A stretch of 64,000 nucleotides of DNA, from the NCBI GenBank assembly GCA_963775635.1, contig CAVZJO010000002.1, positions 72,339 to 136,338 of the forward strand. Reading direction: 5' to 3'. The notes under the pieces were generated by a model. It saw only the letters and a program-made list of their open reading frames with translations. It was not told where the DNA came from and did no database searches. Positions 1 through 10,660 of this stretch are shown here, one piece after another. This DNA comes from an uncultured beta proteobacterium. Lineage in GTDB: Bacteria; Pseudomonadota; Gammaproteobacteria; Burkholderiales; Burkholderiaceae_F. The first letter of the stretch is position 1. Every line of letters begins with the position of its first letter. The position numbers were made by a program, and so were the translations under genes.

Positions 1-485
1 AAGAGGATGAGCCATCGTTCGAGCACTACGCGGACGAGCGATTGCCCATCGTCGAGAACGATGGAGTCGTGGCGCGGTTGATTGCGGGATCGGCGTTCGG
101 CGCTGCCAGCGGAGTGCGCGTGCATTCGCCGCTCTTCTATGCACATCTCGACCTGCAGGCGGGAGCCCGCTTCGAGTTGCCTTCGGAGTATGCAGAACGG
201 GCCGCCTACGTGGTCAGCGGCTCGGTCGAGGTTGCGGGGCGGGTGGTCGACGCGAGGTCGATGATCGTATTCGCGGCTGGGTCGGCGCCGGTACTGCAGG
301 CACGCGAAAGTTCAACGGTGATGTTGCTCGGCGGCGAGCCTGTCGGGCTGCGTCATGTGTGGTGGAACTTCGTCTCGTCGAGCAAGGAGCGCATCGAACA
401 GGCGAAGCACGACTGGACGGCCGGCCGCATCGCCTTACCCCCTGGCGACAACCGTGAACACATTCCGCTGCCGGACGGCGCATAG
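1..485 (+). CDS. pirin family protein, C-terminal part (5' end outside window)
   Basis: The frame is open from the window edge to TAG 483-485. The tail ...LLGGEPVGLRHVWWNFVSSSKERIEQAKHDWTAGR... matches the conserved pirin C-terminal region. Confidence 0.75.
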   Translation, partial: EDEPSFEHYADERLPIVENDGVVARLIAGSAFGAASGVRVHSPLFYAHLDLQAGARFELPSEYAERAAYVVSGSVEVAGRVVDARSMIVFAAGSAPVLQARESSTVMLLGGEPVGLRHVWWNFVSSSKERIEQAKHDWTAGRIALPPGDNREHIPLPDGA

Positions 486-538
486 TTGAAAAAGACAGGC
501 TAATCCGCGCAAAGTGGAGGAAGCTGGGAAACTCCGGC

Positions 539-1780
539 TCACATTTCGGCGGTGCGCCGCCTGACAGGCGCCCAGGTGGCCACAGCCGCGATCGCCGCCG
601 CACCGGCCATCACCAACAGTCCGCGATCCCAGGCTGCGGCGGTGTCGCCCGCAGCCCGGCCTCGGTCCAGCACCCACCCGACCAGCGGCTGCAAGATTCC
701 GGTGCCGAGGAAGATTCCGGTGTTGACGACCGAAGTCGCGATGCCGGAATACTGTGGCGGGTTGGCTTCCTTGGCGATCGTCCACGACAGCGTGAAACCC
801 GGGCACAGCAGCCCCATCAGAAGGAACCATGCGAGCGTTGCCCACAGTGGCCATTCGACATGCGCGAGCCACGGCAACCACGACAGCGCGTAGAGAAAGA
901 CCGCTGCGCGCATCAGGCCAAGGCGGCTGCCGAGCCGATCCGACAGCACGCCGATGATCACCGAACCGAATGCGACGCCGAGCAGCATCAGGCTGGAGTG
1001 CTGTGCCGCGCTGACCCGTTGCATGCCGTGAACCTGCTGCAAGTAGGGCACCGCCCAGAGACCGGCGAACGCGAGGAAGCTGCCGCCGACGCCGAGGTTG
1101 ACGACAAACGGTGGCCACGTGGCCGCGTTCGCGAACACGCGCGCGATCGCGGTTCGCCAGGGAATGGCGCTCGCTGCCGGCGCTGATGGATTGACCGGGG
1201 CAAATCCCAGGTCCTCGGGCCGATCCCGCACGCGCAGCCAGCTCGCCGCTGCAAGCAGCCCGGACAGCGCGGCCAGCGCTACGAAAACGGCGCGCCATGA
1301 CGTTTGCGACACAACCCAAGCCAGCGGCGCACCCGCGATCACTGCTCCCAGGTTTCCCGCGAACATCGTGACACCTGCGAGCGTCGCGAAACGCTGGGGA
1401 GCAAACCAGACAGCCGAAAGCTTCAACACGGAGATGAAGGCCACCGAGACGCCGATGCCGACCAGCGTGCGTCCCGCCGCCGCAATCTCCCACGCAGGTG
1501 CAAGCGCGAAAAGCAGCGATCCGGCCGCTGCGATCGCCGATCCGGTGGCGAGAATCCTGCGCGGGCCGAGCGTATCGGCCAGCACTCCGACCGGGATCTG
1601 CAGCACGGTGTAGACATAGAAGTAGGTCGCCGCGAGCGTTCCCAGCACGGTGCTGCTGATATCGAACGCCCGCGTCAGCTCGCCTGCGATGGCCGCCGGG
1701 GCCGTGCGATGGAAGAACGACAGCACGAAGCTCGCGAGCGCCAGGCCGAAGACGACGCGGCGGGCGCGCGCGAGTGTCAT
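539..1780 (-). CDS. MFS transporter
   Basis: 413-aa ORF starting at ATG 1778-1780. It is strongly hydrophobic with a multi-TM profile and an MFS-like loop (GVLADTLGPRR). Confidence 0.75.
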   Translation of the reverse strand: MTLARARRVVFGLALASFVLSFFHRTAPAAIAGELTRAFDISSTVLGTLAATYFYVYTVLQIPVGVLADTLGPRRILATGSAIAAAGSLLFALAPAWEIAAAGRTLVGIGVSVAFISVLKLSAVWFAPQRFATLAGVTMFAGNLGAVIAGAPLAWVVSQTSWRAVFVALAALSGLLAAASWLRVRDRPEDLGFAPVNPSAPAASAIPWRTAIARVFANAATWPPFVVNLGVGGSFLAFAGLWAVPYLQQVHGMQRVSAAQHSSLMLLGVAFGSVIIGVLSDRLGSRLGLMRAAVFLYALSWLPWLAHVEWPLWATLAWFLLMGLLCPGFTLSWTIAKEANPPQYSGIATSVVNTGIFLGTGILQPLVGWVLDRGRAAGDTAAAWDRGLLVMAGAAAIAAVATWAPVRRRTAEM

Positions 1781-1807
1781 GCAGTCAACATGCGCGGCGC
1801 CTTGGCG

Positions 1808-2821
1808 TCAGGATGGCGGCGCACGGAAGTAGCGCGGTTCGACGAACAGCGACGCGATCTCAACTCGCCGGATCTCCGGATGATCGGGCACCGCATAGAG
1901 AACGGGGGTGATGACTTCCTCGAACAGCCCGCGCAGGCTACGCGCCCCCGACTTGTACTCGATCGCGAGATCGGCGATCTCCTCGAATGCGCGCTGCGCG
2001 ACAACCAGATCGATGCCCTCGCTCTTGAGGATCGCCTGGAACTGCCGGTAGATGCAGTTGCGCGGTTCGGTCATGATCCGCACCAGCATGTCGCGGTCGA
2101 GTTCGGCGAAGCGCGCGACGATCGCCAACCGCCCGGTGAACTCCGGAATCAGCCCGAATTCGACGAGGTCGGTCGGTTTCACGCGCGCGTTCAACCGCGT
2201 GAGGATGCGCTGGTTGTCGTCGGCCGAGGTCGCAACGAAGCCGAATCCGTGGCTTTGCGACATGATCGCGTCGAGCCCGACGAAGGCGCCGCCGCAGATG
2301 AACAGCACGTTGGTGGTGTCGAGGTAATCCCCGCTGCGCAGGCGAACCGGGGCGCCTTCCATGATCTTCAGCAGAGCATGCTGGACGCTTTCGCCCGAAG
2401 AGCCCCCGGAAGTGGCACCCGCGGCGCGCAACTTGTCGATTTCGTCGATGAATACGATGCCCTGCTGGGTGCGAGCGAGTTCGCCCTCGGCCTTGTCGTG
2501 CAGCCGGTCGAGGATCGCTTCGATCTCGTCGTTGACGTAGCGCGACTGCGCGAGCGACGTCGCATCGGCTGTCACGAAGGGCACCTTGAGCAGGCGGGCG
2601 AGCGACTCGCACATCAGCGTCTTGCCGGTGCCCGTCGGCCCGACCAGCAGCACGTTGCTCTTGGTGATCTCCAGCCCGTCCTGCTGTGATCGCGCGACCT
2701 TCTTGTAGTGCGCGTAGACCGCGACCGCCAGGGCCCGCTTGGCGTCGTCCTGCCCGATCACGTACTGGTCGAGATGGCGGACGATTCCGCTGGGCGTGAG
2801 GTTCGAAGGCAGCAGGGACAT
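1808..2821 (-). CDS. ClpX-family AAA+ ATPase paralog lacking the N-terminal zinc-binding domain
   Basis: 337 aa. Walker A is GPTGTGKT and Walker B is GIVFIDEIDK. It aligns by eye with the ClpX AAA+ core (HLDQYVIGQDDAKRALAVAVYAHYKK; FGLIPEFTGRL; SGARSLRG). There is no Cys-cluster N-domain. Confidence 0.75.
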   Translation of the reverse strand: MSLLPSNLTPSGIVRHLDQYVIGQDDAKRALAVAVYAHYKKVARSQQDGLEITKSNVLLVGPTGTGKTLMCESLARLLKVPFVTADATSLAQSRYVNDEIEAILDRLHDKAEGELARTQQGIVFIDEIDKLRAAGATSGGSSGESVQHALLKIMEGAPVRLRSGDYLDTTNVLFICGGAFVGLDAIMSQSHGFGFVATSADDNQRILTRLNARVKPTDLVEFGLIPEFTGRLAIVARFAELDRDMLVRIMTEPRNCIYRQFQAILKSEGIDLVVAQRAFEEIADLAIEYKSGARSLRGLFEEVITPVLYAVPDHPEIRRVEIASLFVEPRYFRAPPS

Positions 2822-2832
2822 GGGCGAATCCG

Positions 2833-3877
2833 TCAGGAGCGTTCGGCGTGTCCCCAGCCGAGTTCAGCCAGCGCGCGCGCGTTTTCGCCATGCTTCAACG
2901 CGTCGTTCGACGAGGCGATTCCTTCAGTGGCGCGCTTGTACACGCCCTGCAGGATGGCCGCGATGCGGAACAGGTTGTAGGCGAGGAAGAAGTTCCAGTG
3001 ATCGATGCCGGCACGTCCGACGCGTTCGCAGTAGCGGCGTATGTATTCGGCCTCGGACGGAATGCCAAGCGCCGCATGGTCGAGCCCCGCAATGCCGCGG
3101 AAGCCGTCGGACGGGATGTGCCAGCTCATGCAGTGATACGAGAAGTCGGCCAGCGGGTGGCCCAGTGTCGATAGTTCCCAGTCAAGGATCGCGATGATGC
3201 GCGGCTCCGTCGGGTGGAAGATCAGGTTGTCCATCCGGTAGTCGCCGTGAACCACGGTCGTCTCATCGCCGGGCGGTATGTTCTGCGGCAGCCAGTCGAT
3301 CAGTCGGTCCATCGCTTCGATCGGTTTCGGTTTCGGATGCCCGGTACTGCTTGCTCCAGCGGCCAATCTGCCGTTGGAAGTAGTTGCCGGTCTTGCCATA
3401 GTCCGCGAGCCCAGCGCGCTCGATATCGACTGAGTGCAACCGCGCGATGACGCGGTTCATCTCGTCGTAGACCAGCGCACGGTCAGCGGGGCCGAGTTCG
3501 GGCAGCGACTGTTCCCAGAAGATTCGTCCTTCGACGTGCTGCATCAGATAGAAAGCGCGGCCGATCACGCTCTCGTCTTCGACCAGCAGCAGCGTCCATG
3601 GCACCGGAATGCCCTGAGCGGCAAGTGCGCGCATGACGTGGAACTCGCGCTCGACCGCATGCGCCGAAGGCAGCAGCTTCGCGGCGGGTCCGGGCTTGCT
3701 GCGCATCACGTATTTCGCGGTCGGAGTCGTCAGCAGGTAGGTTGGATTCGATTGCCCGCCATGGAACTGCTGCGCTTCGAGCGGCCCGCGGAAATCCGGC
3801 AGATGCTGCTGCAGGTGCGACGTCAGTCGTTTGACGTCGAAAGCGTGGCGTCCGGTCACTGCGCCGAGCTGGGTCAT
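2833..3877 (-). pseudogene. APH/choline-kinase-like phosphotransferase, frame-disrupted (+1 nt near 3321-3336)
   Basis: The N-part (ORF 3263..4102, real ATG 3875-3877 after a GGAGGGG RBS) and the C-part (ORF 2833..3399, carrying the HGDYRMDNLIF catalytic motif) are consecutive halves of one kinase in different frames. The span is 1045 nt, which is 3n+1. Confidence 0.7.
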
Positions 3878-4596
3878 GTTGCCCCTCCGACGTCGGTGCG
3901 CGACCGACGCAACTTCAGATATTTCTCGAGCAGTTGTTCCATCGTTGACAACCGTGTGGCTGTCTGCAGCGTGTCGATCGGACAGTAGTTGACCACCCGC
4001 ACGACGCTGGTTGTCGGGTCGGCGCCGACATCGATGATATTCAGGCAACCGGTATCCTGCGCGATCCCGCCGAGGAACACCGCTTGGCCGGTCAGGAACC
4101 ACGATAGCAGCGCACGGTTGACGCCGCCGTGCAGGACGGCGAGCGCCACGTCCCAGTCGCCCGCTGCGAGCAGGCGCTCCAGTGCCGGAATCGTGCGGTC
4201 GAGCAACTCGCCGATCGTTTCGCCGGCAAGGAAGCGCGCGTCGCGCGGCGTCGGCCCCTGGAATGCCTGGATGAAAGCTGCCTGCAAGTCGGCGTCGGCG
4301 ATGCTCGGCAGGTGGCCGCCCCGAATTTCCTGCAGTTCCTCCCAGTGCTCGACCGGGGTGGCAGGTCCGGCCGCTTCGAGCACGTGCAAGGCGGTCTGGC
4401 GCGTACGCACGAGCCCGCTGGTGATCGCCCGATCGACACGGATGCCCGCCGCCGACAGCGCGGCGCCCACAGCGCGCGCCTGCTCGACACCGGCGGGGGT
4501 CAGCGGCACCTGGTCGGGCGGATAGGGGCGGCCACTCGGGTCAAAGTAGTCGACCGCGCCGTGACGCATCAGCAACAGGCGGCGACGTTCGGTCAC
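3874..4596 (-). CDS. histidine phosphatase (PGAM-like) family protein
   Basis: GTG start at 4594-4596, 7 nt after AGGAG. RHG motif (LLLMRHGAVDY). The stop overlaps the kinase start as ATGA. Confidence 0.7.
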   Translation of the reverse strand: MTERRRLLLMRHGAVDYFDPSGRPYPPDQVPLTPAGVEQARAVGAALSAAGIRVDRAITSGLVRTRQTALHVLEAAGPATPVEHWEELQEIRGGHLPSIADADLQAAFIQAFQGPTPRDARFLAGETIGELLDRTIPALERLLAAGDWDVALAVLHGGVNRALLSWFLTGQAVFLGGIAQDTGCLNIIDVGADPTTSVVRVVNYCPIDTLQTATRLSTMEQLLEKYLKLRRSRTDVGGAT

Positions 4597-4739
4597 GGCG
4601 CGCTCCTGACGACGCCGAGCGACGGTAGTTCGCCGATCTCGCGCTCCCCGAGGCCGAGTTCCGAGAGCAGCAGGCGGGTGTGCTCGCCGGCGCGCGGCGC
4701 CGGCGCATCGAGCGGGCGAGCGCCCGCATGCACGAGCGC
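4593..4739 (-). pseudogene. C-terminal remnant of a family III (CaiB/BaiF) CoA-transferase
   Basis: The translation ...PLDAPAPRAGEHTRLLLSELGLGEREIGELPSLGVV* resembles the C-terminus of the intact CoA-transferase at 60299-61477 (...PVPVLGQHTEAILRELGYDEAQIGRL...). There is no room for the missing ~350 aa before the ABC-F stop at 4781. Confidence 0.4.
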
Positions 4740-4780
4740 GGCCTGCCGGGCCGAGCGCCTTCGGAGCGGCCGTGCGGCGC

Positions 4781-6673
4781 TCATTGGATGGTCTCGAGTT
4801 CTTGCGTAAGGTCGAGCCACTGCGCCTCGAGCGCTTCAAGCCGGCGCGACAGCTCGCCGCGAAGCTTCAGGGTGTCCGCCACGATCGCCTCGTCGCCAGC
4901 GTGATAGAAGTCGGGATCGGCCAGCTTCGCGTCGAGTTCGCGCAGTTCGTCGCTGATGGTCGACAGTTCGGTTTCAACTCGCGTCAGTCGCGACTGCAGC
5001 GGGCGGCGCGCCGTGGCAATACGCTGCCGCTCGGCGGCCTCCAGTTTGCGCTGCTCGCGGCGATTGGGTGCATCCTGCTCGCCCCCGGCCTCTGCGCGGT
5101 CGCGTCGGCTTGCCAGCACCAGCGCGGCGTAATCGTCGAGGTCACCGTCGAAGGCAGCGACTCGTCCATCGTGCACCAGCCACAGCTGGTCGCAAGTCGC
5201 GCGCAGCAGGTGCCGATCGTGCGACACCAGCAGCAGGGCGCCCTCGTAGGACGACAGTGCGACCGTCAGCGCCTCGCGCGTCTCCATGTCGAGATGATTG
5301 GTCGGCTCGTCGAGCAGCAGCAGATTGGGTCGTTCCCACGCGATCAGCGCCAACGCGCAACGCGCCTTTTCGCCGCCGGACATCGGTCCCAGTAGTGAGG
5401 TCGCCATTTCACCCGAGAAACGGTACGTGCCGAGGAAGTCGCGCAACTGCTGTTCGCGCGCATCCGGCGCCAGCCGACGCAGGTGGGCTAGCGGCGTTTC
5501 GTCGGAACGCAACTGATCGAGCTGGTGCTGCGCGAAGTAGCCGATGGCCAGACCTTGTCCGCGGCGCAGTTCGCCGGCGAGCAGTTCCAGCTCGCGCGCA
5601 ATCGCCTTGACCAGCGTCGACTTGCCGGCACCGTTCACTCCAAGGATCCCGATGCGGTCTCCCGCGCGCACGGTCAGCGTGATGTCCGCAAGCACTGTGC
5701 GCGCACCGTAGCCGAGCGCCATGTCTTCGGCGTCGAGCAGCCGCTCCGGCGTACGCACCGGCTCGGGAAACTCGAAGCGCCACTCACGCCGCGCCCGCGT
5801 CGGTTCGATGGCGGTCAGCCGCTCGAGCATCTTCAGCCGGCTCTGTGCCTGGCGCGCCTTCGTCGCCTTGGCGCGGAAGCGGTCGACGAAGCTCTGCAGG
5901 TGAGCAGCCGTTCTCGCATATGCGCGCGCGGCGGCGTCCTGCTGCTTCTGCTGCTCGAGCCACGCCAGCTCGAACGCGCTGTAGTCCCCCGCGTAGCGCC
6001 GAATCGTGCCCTGGTCGACGAACCAGATCGTTTCGGCGATGCGGTCGAGGAACTCGCGATCGTGCGAGATCACGAGCACGGTCGCCGGTTGGCGCCGCAA
6101 CCAGCTCTCCAGCCAGATGACCGAGTCGAGGTCGAGATGGTTGGTCGGTTCGTCGAGCAGCAGCAGGTCGGCCGGACGAAGCAGCGCCCGCGCCAGTGCC
6201 AGGCGATTGCGCCAGCCGCCGGAAAATGTGGCCACCGGCCGCTCTCCGTCGGATGCGGCAAAGCCCAGGCCGTGCATCACAGCAGCAGCCTGCGCCTGAA
6301 TCGCGCCTTCGTTCAGGTCGGCCAGCGCAGCGTGAGCATGGGCCAGGCGCATCTCGTCGTGCGACGCCTCGGCCGCCGCCAGCTCGCATCGCGCCGAACT
6401 TAGCGCGGCGTGGCCCGCAAGCACATAAGCGAGCGCGCTCTCGGCGGCGACGTCGATGTCCTGGGCGACATGTGCGATCCGCTCAGTTCGCGGTGCCTCC
6501 TGGCTGCCAGCCTCGAGCGCGAGCTCGCCGAGGATTGCCGCGAACAGCGACGACTTGCCGCACCCGTTGGCGCCGACCAGTCCGATCCGTTCGCCGGGCC
6601 GTGCGATCAGCGAAACATTGCTGTATAGCGTGCGGGCACCGCGCGCGATCGCGACGTCGATCAGCCTTAGCAT
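4781..6673 (-). CDS. ABC-F family ATPase (Uup/YheS-like, no TM domain)
   Basis: 630 aa. Two Walker A motifs (GANGCGKSS, GVNGAGKST), two ABC signatures (FSGGWRNRLALA, MSGGEKARCALA) and a charged coiled-coil C-terminus. Confidence 0.85.
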   Translation of the reverse strand: MLRLIDVAIARGARTLYSNVSLIARPGERIGLVGANGCGKSSLFAAILGELALEAGSQEAPRTERIAHVAQDIDVAAESALAYVLAGHAALSSARCELAAAEASHDEMRLAHAHAALADLNEGAIQAQAAAVMHGLGFAASDGERPVATFSGGWRNRLALARALLRPADLLLLDEPTNHLDLDSVIWLESWLRRQPATVLVISHDREFLDRIAETIWFVDQGTIRRYAGDYSAFELAWLEQQKQQDAAARAYARTAAHLQSFVDRFRAKATKARQAQSRLKMLERLTAIEPTRARREWRFEFPEPVRTPERLLDAEDMALGYGARTVLADITLTVRAGDRIGILGVNGAGKSTLVKAIARELELLAGELRRGQGLAIGYFAQHQLDQLRSDETPLAHLRRLAPDAREQQLRDFLGTYRFSGEMATSLLGPMSGGEKARCALALIAWERPNLLLLDEPTNHLDMETREALTVALSSYEGALLLVSHDRHLLRATCDQLWLVHDGRVAAFDGDLDDYAALVLASRRDRAEAGGEQDAPNRREQRKLEAAERQRIATARRPLQSRLTRVETELSTISDELRELDAKLADPDFYHAGDEAIVADTLKLRGELSRRLEALEAQWLDLTQELETIQ

Positions 6674-6713
6674 CGTTACGCGGTGCGGGTGATTTGGTCG
6701 CCAGCGTCCAACC

Positions 6714-8839
<2,126 letters not shown>

Positions 8840-9991
8840 TTAGATGTTCAGCGTGAACTCCGAGAACGAGGCGTCGGAGCCGGCTTCCTGCCTTTCTTTC
8901 TGCTGCGGCATGCGGGCCTTGCCGGCGTTGTTGATGAACCACAGCAGGTTGTTCTGCGAATCGGCGGCGGCCAGCGCGTCCTCGCGCGTGATCTGGTCAC
9001 CCTGGATCAGCGAATACAGGCTCTGCTCGAACGAGATGCTCTCGGGGGCGAGGCTCTGCTCCATCGCCTCCTTGATGCCCTGCACGTCGCCGCGCTCGAT
9101 CAGGTCGGCGATATGCCGGGTGTTCATCAGCACCTCGACCGACGGCACACGGCCGCCGCGCTTGGAGCGCACCAGCCGCTGCGACACGATCGCTTTCATC
9201 GCCACCGACATGTCCTGGAACAACGCCTGGCGGGTTTCCGGCGGATAGAAGCTGATAACGCGGTTCAATGCATGCGAACTGTTGGTTGCGTGCAGCGTCG
9301 CGACGACCAAGTGGCCCGACATTGAGTAGGCGAGCGCCGCGCTCATCGTGTCGCGGTCGCGGATCTCGCCGATGAAGATCACGTCCGGAGCCTGGCGCAT
9401 CGCGCTGCGCAGCGCGGCCTGCAGCGTGCGGGCGTCGGAGCCGATTTCGCGCTGGTTGATGATCGACTTCTTGTTGCGGAACAGGAATTCGATCGGGTCT
9501 TCGAAGGTCAGGACGTGCCCGGTGATCAGCTCGTTGCGATGATCGATCATCGAGGCGATCGTCGTCGACTTGCCCGAACCGGCAGAACCGACGACCAGGA
9601 TCATGCCGCGACGCTCCATCACGAGGTCTTTCAGCACCTCGGGCAGATGCAGCGCGTCGAGCCTCGGGATGTCGTGCGGGATGAACCGGACGACCGCGGA
9701 AATCGAGCCGCGCTGCAGAAAGGCCGACAGCCGGAAGCTGCCGATGCCCTGCACCGGCAGGCCGATGTTCAGTTCGCGCGAATCCTCGAGTTCACGGAAA
9801 TGGGCGTCAGTCAGACGCTCGGCGAGCAGCGAGACGATCGACTGCGGCGCCAGCCGCTCCTGGTTGATCGGCACGCACACGCCGTTGATCTTGATGGTGA
9901 TCGGCGACCCCACCGACAGGAACAGGTCGGAGGCCTGTTTTTCGGCCATCAGGCCGAACAGGCGTTCGAGCGACAAGGGTGTTGCCGACAT
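8840..9991 (-). CDS. pilU: PilT/PilU-family type IV pilus retraction ATPase (PilU-like)
   Basis: Start is MSATPLSLE at ATG 9989-9991. Walker A is GSAGSGKST. The Asp and His boxes and the C-terminal tail (...ADSQNNLLWFINN...) look PilU-like. Confidence 0.75.
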   Translation of the reverse strand: MSATPLSLERLFGLMAEKQASDLFLSVGSPITIKINGVCVPINQERLAPQSIVSLLAERLTDAHFRELEDSRELNIGLPVQGIGSFRLSAFLQRGSISAVVRFIPHDIPRLDALHLPEVLKDLVMERRGMILVVGSAGSGKSTTIASMIDHRNELITGHVLTFEDPIEFLFRNKKSIINQREIGSDARTLQAALRSAMRQAPDVIFIGEIRDRDTMSAALAYSMSGHLVVATLHATNSSHALNRVISFYPPETRQALFQDMSVAMKAIVSQRLVRSKRGGRVPSVEVLMNTRHIADLIERGDVQGIKEAMEQSLAPESISFEQSLYSLIQGDQITREDALAAADSQNNLLWFINNAGKARMPQQKERQEAGSDASFSEFTLNI

Positions 9992-10164
9992 GGGTGCGAT
10001 CTCGCGCTGCAGAGGGTTACAAGCATACGGCGCAGAGCGTGTAGTTGCGAATCCGTCCGATCGGATGAAAAGAGGCCAGAAGGTGGCATCTGGCGCTGGA
10101 CGTGCGGCTGACACGCGCCGCTGCGCGGCGGCTTTTCTTCGTTCACCGACGCGAGCCGAGGGTC

Positions 10165-10660
10165 ACGCCCGGCGGGCGAGTGACTTTCTTTGTCTTGCCA
10201 AGGAAAGTCACCAAAGAAAGCCGCGACCGTGCGAGGCCGGCCTGCGCGCAGCGCAGGCTGCCCCTGCGCTGCGCAGCGGTCAGCGGGCGGGCCGCGAAAC
10301 TCGCCCGATCAGGCGCTGCGACAGTGCCACGGCCCTCAAACAGCGCCCGGCACCCTCCGCTGCTGCTGCGCACTGCGGCGGCGTCCCCGAGCGGACTCAC
10401 CCCGTCGCCGTGCCAGCGCCGTAAGCAACCTCGTTCAACGCGACGCCGTTGGATGCCTTCGAGGCGCCGCGCAGCGCAGCGGGCGCGGGAGTTTTTGAGG
10501 GCCTGCCTGTCTGAGCGCCCATAGGGCGCGAGTTTGCAGGCCCGCCCGCGACCGCGAGCAGCACAAGGGCAGCCCGCAGGCCGGCGCCTTCGTAGGCGCG
10601 CGTTTCCTTGGTTACTTTCTTTGGTAAGACAGAGAAAGTAACCGGCCCGCGCCGTCAGCG
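10165..10660. repeat. long imperfect palindromic intergenic element (MITE/REP-like), arms ~230 bp
   Basis: The left end GTGACTTTCTTTGTCTTGCCAAGGAAAGTCACCAAAGAAAG (10180-10220) is mirrored by CTTTCTTTGGTAAGACAGAGAAAGTAAC (10615-10642). Arm similarity continues inward (GGCCCTCAAA at 10331 versus TTTGAGGGCC at 10494) to a centre near 10416. Confidence 0.7.

Noticed and set aside
10115-10140. Terminator-like hairpin CGCCGC-TGC-GCGGCG followed by GCTTTTCTTC on the plus strand.
   Set aside because: The stem is short (6 bp), the T-tract is interrupted, and no plus-strand gene lies upstream. It may belong to the flank of the repeat element. It is not convincing as a functional terminator.
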